In this document: positions 39,768 to 49,302 of the stretch, piece after piece
How the letters are laid out: each line of letters begins with the position of its first letter
Position numbering within the stretch: position 1 is the stretch's first letter
NCBI GenBank assembly: GCA_963778115.1
Contig: CAVZSV010000004.1
Coordinates: 160,001 to 224,000, forward strand
Source of the DNA: an uncultured delta proteobacterium
GTDB taxonomy: Bacteria; Bdellovibrionota; FAC87; UBA2466
Length of the DNA stretch: 64,000 nucleotides
Reading direction: 5' to 3'
The notes under the pieces: model-generated
Told to the model about the DNA's origin: nothing
Database searches by the model: none
What the model saw: only the letters and a program-made list of their open reading frames with translations
Position numbers and translations under genes: made by a program

Positions 39768-40121
39768 ATGAAAAAGCTAGCTAATTTTGGTATCGCTTGC
39801 TTCGCGTTTGCCGTAACCAACGCGTACGCCGCGCATTACGATGTTCCACAGCTTATACAGATTCAAAAATCGACCAAAGAACCCATACAACTTATCTTCG
39901 ACGAAAAGAGCGATGGGTGCTTTGCGGGTTCTGATTTAAAAATGCTGTTGCTGGCAGGAGCTGAAGTTACGCTCGAGTCCTGCAATTACGCTCTGAGCGA
40001 GCTCCTAGAACTGTCAAAGTATGGTCATCTAACCGTGGTAGCTAATACATCGAACGGCGCCTGGGACGTGAATAGTTTGACACAAATGGCTGCCGCCGGA
40101 ATTAAAGTCATTATTCATTAA
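39768..40121 (+). CDS. Hypothetical secreted protein
   Basis: GGAG SD, signal peptide ending AYA, short helix-strand repeats. Confidence 0.7.
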   Translation: MKKLANFGIACFAFAVTNAYAAHYDVPQLIQIQKSTKEPIQLIFDEKSDGCFAGSDLKMLLLAGAEVTLESCNYALSELLELSKYGHLTVVANTSNGAWDVNSLTQMAAAGIKVIIH

Positions 40122-40154
40122 GTAATGGGGTCGGCTGACTGGCGACAAAGCCTC

Positions 40155-40965
40155 ATGAAAAAGCAAATCCTGATTCATATCGACTCCGATTCGTTTCCTT
40201 TCTCGGTGGAAGGGGCGGTCGGCTACGGGGCGCAAGAGGTTTTGATTGCTAAAGACGACAACCTGATTTCAGCACTGAGCTGGCGAGATCTCGGATATAC
40301 GGTGGTGCCTTTTATCGATGAGGTGAACTTCGGAAAGCTAAAGCAAGGCATTACGGAGCTTTTGAAGAACATCGTGGAGCTAAGGCTTAAAGTTCCCTGT
40401 GAGGAATTTAGTCTAGCTACCTACCACCGGTATGTGGATTCCAACGACAAACACCTCAAAGTGGTGGGAGACTTTCGTAGTTCGCTTCCTTTGACTCAAT
40501 TTCCTATCGATCCTGATTTGGTCTTTGATTCGAGCCTCCCAACTATTAGAAATTCCCGTGGGCCCCGGGAAACTCGAACCTCATTTCGGCATCCGAGTAG
40601 TGAGACCGCACAGTCACGATCACAATCCTCCCCATAAAGATGTCTGGCTCGATCGTCTGCGCAACGCCGTAAACCTATACGCGCCGCTAGCCGGCAGTGA
40701 TGCAAAGTCTTCTCTGCCTCTGATTCCCGGCAGCCACTACTGGAAAGAATCCGAAATCGAGCGAACGCTGGAAGGAGCAAAAGGAGCATTCCTCTACACC
40801 GTTCCCGCGGTGACCGACGCTAAATTCCCTTTGAAGTTTTTGCGTCCGAATCCTAAGCAGAACGAGGCTTTGTTTTTCTCGCCTTACTTGATTCACGGGG
40901 GAGGTGTTAACCTCAATGAAGACACTACTCGAGTGTCTTTAGAGATGCGGTTCTGGCGGAAGTAA
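40155..40965 (+). pseudogene. PhyH-like 2OG/Fe(II) dioxygenase, frameshifted near 40523
   Basis: Two overlapping ORFs (40125-40637, 40525-40965); the second has PPHKD, LPLIPGSHYW, IHGGGVN, TRVSLEMRF. Removing one T from GTCTTTGATT joins them. Confidence 0.8.
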
Positions 40966-40981
40966 CTCTGTGGGTCGTTTC

Positions 40982-41206
40982 TTATGACCTCTTAGGATGA
41001 GAACATTTATAGGCGGTCCCGCTTATCTGAGACTGAGTATTGCTCCACACTCCCCCACCCAATTGATTATTGTGGATAAGAATATTGGTGGCACCCATCT
41101 TGGCGGCATTGTTTCGCATGTCGTTCATGGCATACGTCTGAAGATCGTGATCGCTGATCGTCCTCCAAACGCTCCTCCACCTTTTCCGTAGACTCTTGGC
41201 CCCCAT
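40982..41206 (-). pseudogene. DUF4156-like lipoprotein remnant
   Basis: YAMNDMRNNAAKMGATNI...ISGTAYKC; upstream VYGKGGGAFGG in another frame; 5' end missing next to the 41223 palindrome. Confidence 0.6.
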
Positions 41207-41222
41207 GACGATATTTGCCCTC

Positions 41223-41350
41223 TCAAAAAAATGCTAGGGCTAGTGCAAGAGCTAGTGATCAAGGCTTGCACTTCGGCACGACATCTCACTGAAGGCGGAT
41301 TTTAGATGTCATCCCTCACTAGCACTAGCTTTAGCCGTAGCTCTTTTTGA
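41223..41350. repeat. Imperfect inverted repeat with GCTAG-periodic arms
   Basis: TCAAAAAAATGCTAGGGCTAGTGCAAGAGCTAGTGA ... TCACTAGCACTAGCTTTAGCCGTAGCTCTTTTTGA; shares GCTAGTGATCAAGG with 34665-34678. Confidence 0.75.
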
Positions 41351-41582
41351 CTCCCTTTTCCTATAGCCCCTCATTGACGGATAAAGACTTCATGAGAGCC
41401 CCCAAAATATTTGAAGTGAGACAGCCAACGCCGTTAAATGATGGCGCCGAATGTACCTCCCTTCTGCTTTAGACACTTAGTGGCAAACTTAGGTCGTTTA
41501 CGATGGCTTATTTTCCGTTGGTTTACATACCGTCCCTGTCGATGCTAGGGTATCCGCCAAATTCCTTATAAGGAGAAAAGAC

Positions 41583-41855
41583 ATGAGCACCATTAACGCC
41601 AGCCATATTCTTGTGGAAACAGAACATGAAGCCCAGGACCTGGTGAAAAAACTTGCCGAAGGGAAAAGCTTTGAAACGCTCGCGAAAGAGTTTTCCAAGT
41701 GTCCTTCAAAAGCCGACGGCGGATCTTTAGGCACTTTCGGAAAGGGCCAGATGGTCCAACCCTTTGAAACCGCGGCGTTCAATCTCAAAGTGGGAGAAGT
41801 TTCAGGACCGGTGAGAACCCAGTTCGGCTACCATTTGATTAAACGAACCGCTTAG
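41583..41855 (+). CDS. ppiC: Parvulin-type peptidyl-prolyl isomerase
   Basis: ASHILV, SKCPS..GGSLG, GQMVQPFE, TQFGYHLI. Confidence 0.93.
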   Translation: MSTINASHILVETEHEAQDLVKKLAEGKSFETLAKEFSKCPSKADGGSLGTFGKGQMVQPFETAAFNLKVGEVSGPVRTQFGYHLIKRTA

Positions 41856-41859
41856 CCGC

Positions 41860-42435
41860 ATGAGTACGGGACGTCTGGAGGCTTTTAGCGATGGAGTCAT
41901 CGCCATCATCATTACTATTATGGTGCTGGAGCTGAGAGTCCCCCATGCGCCGGATATGGCAGCTTTACGGCCGCTTTTTCCGGTGCTTCTGAGTTACGTC
42001 TTAAGTTTCATTTACATCGGGATCTACTGGAACAACCACCACCATCTCATGCATGCTGCTGAAACGGTAAGTGGAGCCATCCTTTGGACGAATCTTCTGC
42101 TACTGTTTTGGTTGTCACTCGTTCCCTTTGTCACCGCCTGGATGGGGGTGAATTTCTTTGCCCCCTGTCCGGTGTTCCTTTATGGCGTTGTTTTGATTTG
42201 CTCGGCACTTGCTTACTATGTTTTGACGCGCGCGCTCGTTGCTCACCACGGAAGAAATTCAGCTTTGGCTCGTGCTCTAGGAGATGACTTCAAAGGTAAG
42301 ATTTCAATCGTCATCTACGCCGTCGCCCTGCCCCTTTGTTTCTGGAATCCATGGGTAAGCTTAGTAATGTACGCTTTGGTAGCGGCGATCTGGTTTATTC
42401 CGGATCGACGCTTAGAGACACGAACAAAAAAATAG
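41860..42435 (+). CDS. TMEM175 family potassium channel (DUF1211)
   Basis: RLEAFSDGVIAIIITIMVLE, YWNNHHH. Confidence 0.92.
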   Translation: MSTGRLEAFSDGVIAIIITIMVLELRVPHAPDMAALRPLFPVLLSYVLSFIYIGIYWNNHHHLMHAAETVSGAILWTNLLLLFWLSLVPFVTAWMGVNFFAPCPVFLYGVVLICSALAYYVLTRALVAHHGRNSALARALGDDFKGKISIVIYAVALPLCFWNPWVSLVMYALVAAIWFIPDRRLETRTKK

Positions 42436-42524
42436 CACACTACCTTCGACTCACATTCAAAAAAGCTATGGTATAATTTCTTCACCGCCTCAACTCTCAT
42501 CACCAAATATTAAGGAGAAAAAAC

Positions 42525-43904
42525 ATGCGCTGGAGCCTTCTGGTCTGCGTACTATTGGCGTCTTCCCTTCTTGTGGAAGGGTGTAGTTCTTCATCAAGCA
42601 GTGCGAGTTTTAATGTCCCGGCCATCACCCCCATTGTGGATGCCGCTCTGCCCGCAGGACTAAAGGCAAGCCACTTGGCCGGAAAATCGAAATTTACCAA
42701 GAATACTCAAGTTCATAGTATCGCCAACGTGCTGCGTGACCATTCGTTTACGCCGGATAACCAGCCCGCGTCCGAAACTGCCACCGCCATCACTTTTATC
42801 CAAAATCTTTTCACCAATTACTACACTGGAAACGACGGCTCGCTCGTTCAAGGTTATGTAAACTCACTGGTAGAGCAAGTAGACAGCCGAATGAGTGGAA
42901 TCAAGACTCAAATCTCTACGTTAGGAAACAAGCCGGCTTGTCTATCGGCCACTCAGCAAACCACCGCGCCCGAAGTAGAACTTGGTGTTATCGACCCCAT
43001 GTTTAATTTCAGCGCTCCCTACCTTCAATGTAACAACTCCTTTAGTAGCGGAGGCCAATCGGGGCCAGGAGCGGGAGCCGCATTTGGGCAAGACTCAACG
43101 GGAACCAATTTTTCACTGTGGCTATATCTCAATTGGTCCGCCTCCAATTCACCTAGCCCCACGGCAACGACCTTCGATCAACTTGGAGGTTTTCTGGGAG
43201 TGGCTAATGTCCTCAACGTAGGATCTACATCGAGTGCTTCACCCGAAACGGTAGATGGAATGCTCGTTTCCTATGCTCCCTACGGAACTTGTCAAAGCTG
43301 CCAAAACACCATCACGATGACTCGTTTTACCGCAAGCCCCACGACGAATACCTTCGCCCTTTTTGTTTCCTCTAGCTACATGAACCAACAGGGCTTTGAC
43401 GCCGCCGGAACTGGAAACGGGGCTCCTTCCAATCTGGGAACGGGCTTTCGTCTAGTCTCCGATGGAACGCACGTTTATTCCGATGGCATCCTCTACGATC
43501 CCGCTCAGGGCTCAAACGGCACTTTCTACTATTACGATGTCTGCCTAAACGCCGCCAATCTGAGCTTGGACGGAACACCTACCGACTGCACTACTCTTGC
43601 GAACGACTACACTACCACCACGTTCGCGACACTCTATCCCGGGGTTACCAATCCCAACCCGCTCGCTACATCACCCACTTTGAATTTCAACGAAATCACC
43701 GGCTGTAGCGCCACGTTGCCCACTCATGGCAGCAATACGTTAGCGGCTAGCGCCGGTGCCTCCAATAACTCATGTCCCGGCTCGATAGCTCCCGCGGGAA
43801 GTCCGATGTCGGAAACTTTGGCAACTGACATTACTTCACCGCAGAGTGCGATACTCTCCGCACTGTCTGCCGTCGGATTGCCCAGCGGACTGCCGCAACT
43901 TTAG
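42525..43904 (+). CDS. Ser/Thr-rich lipoprotein of unknown function
   Basis: AAGGAG SD, lipobox VEGC, several Cys pairs. Confidence 0.8.
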   Translation: MRWSLLVCVLLASSLLVEGCSSSSSSASFNVPAITPIVDAALPAGLKASHLAGKSKFTKNTQVHSIANVLRDHSFTPDNQPASETATAITFIQNLFTNYYTGNDGSLVQGYVNSLVEQVDSRMSGIKTQISTLGNKPACLSATQQTTAPEVELGVIDPMFNFSAPYLQCNNSFSSGGQSGPGAGAAFGQDSTGTNFSLWLYLNWSASNSPSPTATTFDQLGGFLGVANVLNVGSTSSASPETVDGMLVSYAPYGTCQSCQNTITMTRFTASPTTNTFALFVSSSYMNQQGFDAAGTGNGAPSNLGTGFRLVSDGTHVYSDGILYDPAQGSNGTFYYYDVCLNAANLSLDGTPTDCTTLANDYTTTTFATLYPGVTNPNPLATSPTLNFNEITGCSATLPTHGSNTLAASAGASNNSCPGSIAPAGSPMSETLATDITSPQSAILSALSAVGLPSGLPQL

Positions 43905-43919
43905 GTCTTTCTAAAACGA

Positions 43920-43954
43920 AAAAAGGCCAAGGAGAAATTCTCCTTGGCCTTTTT
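43920..43954. terminator. Bidirectional rho-independent terminator
   Basis: AAAAAGGCCAAGGAGAA-A-TTCTCCTTGGCCTTTTT between convergent genes. Confidence 0.9.
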
Positions 43955-43968
43955 GTTTTTTTATCTAT

Positions 43969-44582
43969 TTAGTTCAGCAGATTGCTAATCATCTGACTCA
44001 CTTTCGAATACGCAATCGTCGTATCGAGTGACGTGGGACGAGTCGAAGCGCTCGTTCCGGTCAATCTTGAGTCATTAAGCCCATGTATAGCTTACCGTCG
44101 GCACCAATGCCCATGAGATCGTAGGTGACCGTGTTGTCACTTGGCATCGTCTGTCCGCCGCAATCTTTGCCCATGACATCTTGAGGTTGTTCAAGAGCCC
44201 AGTCGCTGTATCCACAGAACTGCTCGGAATTCAGATAGCCAATGTACTGGGCATCGTGGAAGGTGAGCGTTAAGGTGGTCAAAGTAAGATCGGCATCTTC
44301 GGCGCCGGTAGGTGCACTGGAATCGGTGTTAAGGGCTAGCGCGGCGCCAGTGTGAACCGTTGCAATTCCCTGAGACTGGCAGGTCGCATCCGTGTAGATC
44401 GTGGAATCTACCGTCATCGTGGTGTCGTTGATGACCATCTTATCAAGGCCATACTGGGTCTGCCCTTGAGCCGTTTGCGAATAACAACTCGAATTCCACA
44501 TTCCATCAAATGGAGACGCCGCCAGTGCCATCGCGGACAAAAGACTTAACCCACTCAGTAAACAAACTGATGAGAACTTCAT
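43969..44582 (-). pseudogene. Secreted beta-barrel (lipocalin/APCDD1-like) protein with a C-terminal frameshift
   Basis: Signal peptide, GMWNSSC, CGYSDW. The ORF stops at 44061, but the shifted frame continues LTGTSASTRPTSLDTTIAYSK to 43969. Confidence 0.6.
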
Positions 44583-44735
44583 AGTTACCCCCTGATTTTT
44601 TTGGTACTTCGTTTAGAAACAGCGACGATGCTAGCACGCGGTATGAGTTCGCCAACCGCTGCGCGCCATTCCAAACGGCATTTCACCATCGCCCCGTTAG
44701 TGTGCTTTGTATTCAAACCCACAGAGAAGTCCCGC

Positions 44736-45818
44736 TTAAGGGATGTTTGGCAATTCCGTCCCGCCCCATTCTATTACGGTGAATCCTTTGCGTCTAAAGT
44801 GGGGAAGCTTCTGAGGCTTAGCATCAATCGACTTTGGATTCTGCAGTGCCCTATAGGTCATAAAGACCCGAAGAAGAGAGTCTGGACGAGGAGAGATCTC
44901 AAGGGGTGCCGAAGAAGTATAGGTTTTGCCAGCAAAACGAACGAAGTTATAAGCATTCTTCTGCATCCGGGGAAACCAATAAACGATAAACTCATTGTAC
45001 TCACGAGGAGTAAGACCTAGCGCCGAGAGTTTTTCACGCAAGAATCTCTTAGTATCTTTAGCCGGCACCACAAAGCCCGTCCCGTCTTCTTCGGAAATGT
45101 CTCGGTTGGGAACTCCTTCCCAAAAAAGATAGGAATACTCTTGATGGTCACGACTATTAATCAAAGATCCGTCTGGCTTTGCTTTCACCCTCCACCCTTT
45201 AATGCCCGGATCATAATCAGGATATGTCGCCGTAAGCATTCCTTGATACTTTAGAGAAACGACAACGTCTTGGGTGTGTCGGGGATAGAGATAGATCACA
45301 GGTTTAGCCACACATACGTTATCACCCGAACATGGGGTGGGCGCATAGGTCGTTGCGGAAACTGAACCTTCCATATGAAGGCCATTGGCGTACCCAATAC
45401 GGAAAGAGAGCGTAAACGGTAAACTCCCCAAAGGCAGACTAGTATAAGTAATCGTCGCACTTGAAATCATCTGAGGATACTGGACGACTTCAACCCAATT
45501 TCCCAAGCTGTCCGTTACACTAGCCCCGTTTCCCCCAGAATTTGCAACTAGTGAATAGGAAGCATTTAGCGAAGGCGAGAAGTTGCACGTTATATAGATT
45601 TGAACATCGTTACTTGCGGAGTCCGTCCCCGTGATAGCCAGTTGATAGCCAGGATTGCCGATCTGAAAGGATTCCGTACTCGGGGAAAAAGTGTAAGTGG
45701 ATGAAGGGGCAATCGTTAAGAAATTGTTTGGACTAGGATTTGCCCCCTGTTTCCCACAAGCCGCTATTAAACATACCCAAGCCACGCCCAATGAAAGTCT
45801 TATAAATGCCGTTCGCAT
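44736..45818 (-). CDS. Lipoprotein with C-terminal KPVIYLYP...EWGG domain
   Basis: Lipobox IAAC; AKPVIYLYP, YLFWEG, NEFIVYWFP, PDSLLRVFM, VIEWGG. Confidence 0.8.
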   Translation of the reverse strand: MRTAFIRLSLGVAWVCLIAACGKQGANPSPNNFLTIAPSSTYTFSPSTESFQIGNPGYQLAITGTDSASNDVQIYITCNFSPSLNASYSLVANSGGNGASVTDSLGNWVEVVQYPQMISSATITYTSLPLGSLPFTLSFRIGYANGLHMEGSVSATTYAPTPCSGDNVCVAKPVIYLYPRHTQDVVVSLKYQGMLTATYPDYDPGIKGWRVKAKPDGSLINSRDHQEYSYLFWEGVPNRDISEEDGTGFVVPAKDTKRFLREKLSALGLTPREYNEFIVYWFPRMQKNAYNFVRFAGKTYTSSAPLEISPRPDSLLRVFMTYRALQNPKSIDAKPQKLPHFRRKGFTVIEWGGTELPNIP

Positions 45819-45948
45819 ACGAATCCTCCCAACAAGTTCCTCTATGTTCTATTATGAGAAATTGATTCCCCCAGATGAACTAAGGAAACATGCCAGATCT
45901 GCTCTTTTCCCAACCCTGAAGTAGCCCTGAGAAAGGAACTTTGTTAAG

Positions 45949-46641
45949 GTGCCGCAAATGCAACCCCATGACTCAGTCTTTCTTTCCGTAAACGAAGGCT
46001 ACAACCGGTGGGCGGAGTTTTACGATGCGGATGATATTCCCTTGCATCTGCTTGAAGAGCCGTTGGTAGACGCGGCTTTGGGCGACATTACTAAACTTCG
46101 CATCCTCGATGTGGGGTGTGGAACGGGACGCGAAACTTTGAGGCTCGCGAAAACAGGCGCTGTCATGATCGGAATTGATCAATCGGAAGGAATGCTAAGC
46201 CAGGCCAAAAAAAAAGTCGCAACCGAATCCGTAACCTTCATCCAAGCAGACGCTGATAAGAGATTTCCTTTTGAAAGCTATTCTTTCGACAGAGTCGTTA
46301 GTTTTCTGGCGCTAGAACATTTTACCGATCTAAAATTCACATTTTCGGAATGCCGAAGGGTCTGTCTTAGAGATGGATTTATTTTCTTAACTGCGATGCA
46401 CCCCGCGATGACGCTTAAAGGAGTTCAAGCTAGATACACCGATAAATTTGGACAGAAGTGTTACCCCAAAAGTTTTCCGTACCAAATTTCCGACTATCTA
46501 AACGCAGCAACGGATGCGGGGCTGAGGCTCTTTAAAATAAGTGAGCACGCTACCGACGCAAGCCATGCCAAAGTCTCCGAAAGGGCACAGAAGTATGAAG
46601 GGTGGCCTCTTTTACTTACTTTAAAATTCTCTCCCCTATGA
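45949..46641 (+). CDS. Class I SAM-dependent methyltransferase
   Basis: ILDVGCGTG, IDQSEGML, FDRVVSFLALEH. Confidence 0.9.
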   Translation: MPQMQPHDSVFLSVNEGYNRWAEFYDADDIPLHLLEEPLVDAALGDITKLRILDVGCGTGRETLRLAKTGAVMIGIDQSEGMLSQAKKKVATESVTFIQADADKRFPFESYSFDRVVSFLALEHFTDLKFTFSECRRVCLRDGFIFLTAMHPAMTLKGVQARYTDKFGQKCYPKSFPYQISDYLNAATDAGLRLFKISEHATDASHAKVSERAQKYEGWPLLLTLKFSPL

Positions 46642-47516
46642 AATTAAGACCACAAGACCCATCGCAAAAAGGACGCCTCCTAGTTCTGGCGGCGGCAATC
46701 TTGTGGAGTTCGAGTGGCTTTTTCACCAAAGTGATCGATCTGCCTCCGATTGCAATTGCGGGGTACCGAACACTTTTTGCGGCACTTTTTCTACTTCCCT
46801 TCTTGGGAAAGACGCGACGAACCTTTCGCCCGGCAATGCTGGGAATGGTCGTCTGTTTTGCCTTAATGAACGTTTGTTTCATTTGCTCGATGGTCTTTAC
46901 TTCCGCCGCTAACGCTATTTTCCTCGAATATACCGCCCCCTTTTGGATGGTCGTCGTGGGAAGGGTTTGGCTAAAAGAGCGCATCGAGCGAGCCAACGTC
47001 ATAGCCTTGGCCGGTGGCATGCTTGGAATCTTTGTCCTGGTATCGGGAAGCTGGAGCCTCGATCCGCTTGGTATTACCTTGGGAGTTTTTTCGGGAATTC
47101 TTTTTGCGGGAGTCTCTTTATTTTTGCGCTTCTTGCGCGATGAAGACGCTCTTTGGCTTACTTTCATCAATATGGCTGTCAGTGCCCTGTTAGTACTAGT
47201 CCCGCTTGCTATCTTTCGGCCTGAGTGGCTTATGGCCTCGATCCCCCATCTAAAGATGGCAGCCCTTTTTGGAATTATTCAAACTGCCATTCCTTATTTG
47301 ATCTATTGCCAGGGAATGGCTCGTATCACGGCACAAGAGGCGGGACTTATCGCCCTTTTGGAACCGGTGATCAATCCTCTGTGGGCGTGGTTCGCCGTGA
47401 GAGAAGTTCCCCATCGATCCACTCTTATCGGGGGAGCCCTCATCTTGTTCTCTATTGGTGCTCGCTCTTTTCACCGAATGAGAAAATCATACCGCGCCGC
47501 ACCAAGACCTGAATGA
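46638..47516 (+). CDS. EamA/DMT family transporter
   Basis: About 10 TM helices, LEYTAP, LLEPVINPLW; ATGA coupling with the methyltransferase. Confidence 0.9.
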   Translation: MKLRPQDPSQKGRLLVLAAAILWSSSGFFTKVIDLPPIAIAGYRTLFAALFLLPFLGKTRRTFRPAMLGMVVCFALMNVCFICSMVFTSAANAIFLEYTAPFWMVVVGRVWLKERIERANVIALAGGMLGIFVLVSGSWSLDPLGITLGVFSGILFAGVSLFLRFLRDEDALWLTFINMAVSALLVLVPLAIFRPEWLMASIPHLKMAALFGIIQTAIPYLIYCQGMARITAQEAGLIALLEPVINPLWAWFAVREVPHRSTLIGGALILFSIGARSFHRMRKSYRAAPRPE

Positions 47517-47538
47517 CTCTACGTGCTAAAAGAGCCGA

Positions 47539-48570
47539 ATGAAAATTAGTACATGGGTTTATGGGGTAATATCCGTAGTTGTCTGTTTTTTCTTTTCGAC
47601 CTCCGTAAGAGCGGTCGATCTCAATGAAATAGAAAAAGAACTCACTACCACAGGGGCGCAAGGCTGGATTCACGGCACTATTAATGACCAGCATACCTTT
47701 GTGTTTACGTACCGAAATCCGGATAACTTCTTCGACTACGTCATTATGTCGTTAGTTCCTAGTAAGCCCGAAGTCGCAAAGACCCTTTTGACTTTGCATC
47801 GGCAAGATAAGGTTCTTGTTAAGGGAAGCTTTATGGACAATCCCAGTCCTCAAAAGCACATTAAGGCCGATTCCGTGGAGCTGGTGACGGCCTATGTACC
47901 ACCGGTGCCTATGCCAACCTATTCGCACCAAGCCAAAATTCCCCAAGATCTTTTAAAACTTACTTCAGCTACTTTTCTCGTGCACACGGTGGCCGGTGAC
48001 GGTCAGATACTTGTCGTAGAATTTCAGGACGCCGTGATCCCCGTCTATGTGAAAAACGGGGATCTCACGAAGAACCTATCTCGAAACGACCTCGTGCAAC
48101 TCGAGTTTAAGATCCAAAATACCCCTAGCCAACCCACTCACTTGAATCTCGACGAAACCAGTGCCACCCCAGTTAAGGTTTTAGATTCCATCATGGCTAA
48201 GAACGGACAGGAAGCGACTATTGAAGGCGAGCTTGTTCTTTTTCCCAAGAGCCCCGAGATCTCTTTTAACGTCTTTGCGGTAAAAGAAAATTTGCCAGCA
48301 GGATTGAATCGCCAATACACGCTGGTCAATATGGATGATCCCGACGTTTTCCAGAAAATCAGAGATACCCTTCAAGCCGCTTGGGACAAATACCCTTCGG
48401 ATTCGGTCAACGGCCGCAATAAACTAGTCAGCACCCGACTTCGCGTAAAAGCGACGGGAACCATTAATGAGGTCGATCCTAACCAGGCCAATCCACAAAT
48501 CCTGCTTAAATCAGTAGACTCGATGCAGATTATTGAGAGAGCCGATCCCAACGCGGTAACCGTGCATTAG
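47539..48570 (+). CDS. Hypothetical secreted protein, possible OB-fold repeats
   Basis: Signal peptide; repeated DKVLVKG / DLVQLEF / RVKATG beta segments. Confidence 0.7.
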   Translation: MKISTWVYGVISVVVCFFFSTSVRAVDLNEIEKELTTTGAQGWIHGTINDQHTFVFTYRNPDNFFDYVIMSLVPSKPEVAKTLLTLHRQDKVLVKGSFMDNPSPQKHIKADSVELVTAYVPPVPMPTYSHQAKIPQDLLKLTSATFLVHTVAGDGQILVVEFQDAVIPVYVKNGDLTKNLSRNDLVQLEFKIQNTPSQPTHLNLDETSATPVKVLDSIMAKNGQEATIEGELVLFPKSPEISFNVFAVKENLPAGLNRQYTLVNMDDPDVFQKIRDTLQAAWDKYPSDSVNGRNKLVSTRLRVKATGTINEVDPNQANPQILLKSVDSMQIIERADPNAVTVH

Positions 48571-48597
48571 TAGGGACTACCCTCTATAATAGAGGGC

Positions 48598-49143
48598 ATG
48601 CCATTGATTCGAACGGTAGGAATTTATTTAGCGATCTTCCACGCCTGCTTTGCCTTGGGTGCCGAACCCAACGCCGTTCCTCAATCAGAGAAACGAAAGG
48701 TCCTAATCGTAGACCCTTCCACTTCGAATCGGATGCTGACCGAAGCCCAATTAGACGGTTATGGCTGGGAAATTGTCGAAGCAGGAAGCGAAGAAGAGGG
48801 CATGCAAAAGCTCGAGCAAAGTCCTAACGACTTTGCACTCGTCATTGCAGCTGTCGATTCGGGAAGGTCACGTCTAATAAAAAGGCTTCCTAAATATCAA
48901 TCTCAATCTCAGGTGGGGATGGGATTTGTCTCGGCGGTCAAACGATTCGGTAACATTCCCGTGCTCATTCATTCCTCGGAGGTACCTCATGAAGCGCAAG
49001 AAGAAAGCTATCGTCGAGAAGCCGCAAATGCCGGAGCTAGCGACATTCTTGCGATGCCAGCCAGCGGAGACGTCATGCGTCAGAAGGTAAACGAACTCAC
49101 TTGCTCAATTCCGCTGGCCATTGCTTCCAGTATTAAGCAATAG
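48598..49143 (+). CDS. Receiver (REC)-like domain protein with signal peptide and degenerate active site
   Basis: KVLIVDP, FALVIAA (Asp absent), IPVLIHS, AGASDILAMP (Lys replaced by Met). Confidence 0.65.
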   Translation: MPLIRTVGIYLAIFHACFALGAEPNAVPQSEKRKVLIVDPSTSNRMLTEAQLDGYGWEIVEAGSEEEGMQKLEQSPNDFALVIAAVDSGRSRLIKRLPKYQSQSQVGMGFVSAVKRFGNIPVLIHSSEVPHEAQEESYRREAANAGASDILAMPASGDVMRQKVNELTCSIPLAIASSIKQ

Positions 49144-49302
49144 AAGACGACTTAGTTCTACGAAAACGAACCCTTATTACGCGCGTTAAATGACCCGCCG
49201 CCTCTCCCCCGATGAGAACAACCGTTAATAGGTTTTGAAACTTCAATCCGCTTTTTAATGCAACAACAGTAGACTCTAGCTCAGGGAAAGGGAGGGTTGC
49301 TC

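Noticed and set aside
48580..48596. CCCTCTATAATAGAGGG palindrome as a riboswitch or operator
   Set aside because: Short and explainable as a -10 box within a small hairpin; no further support.
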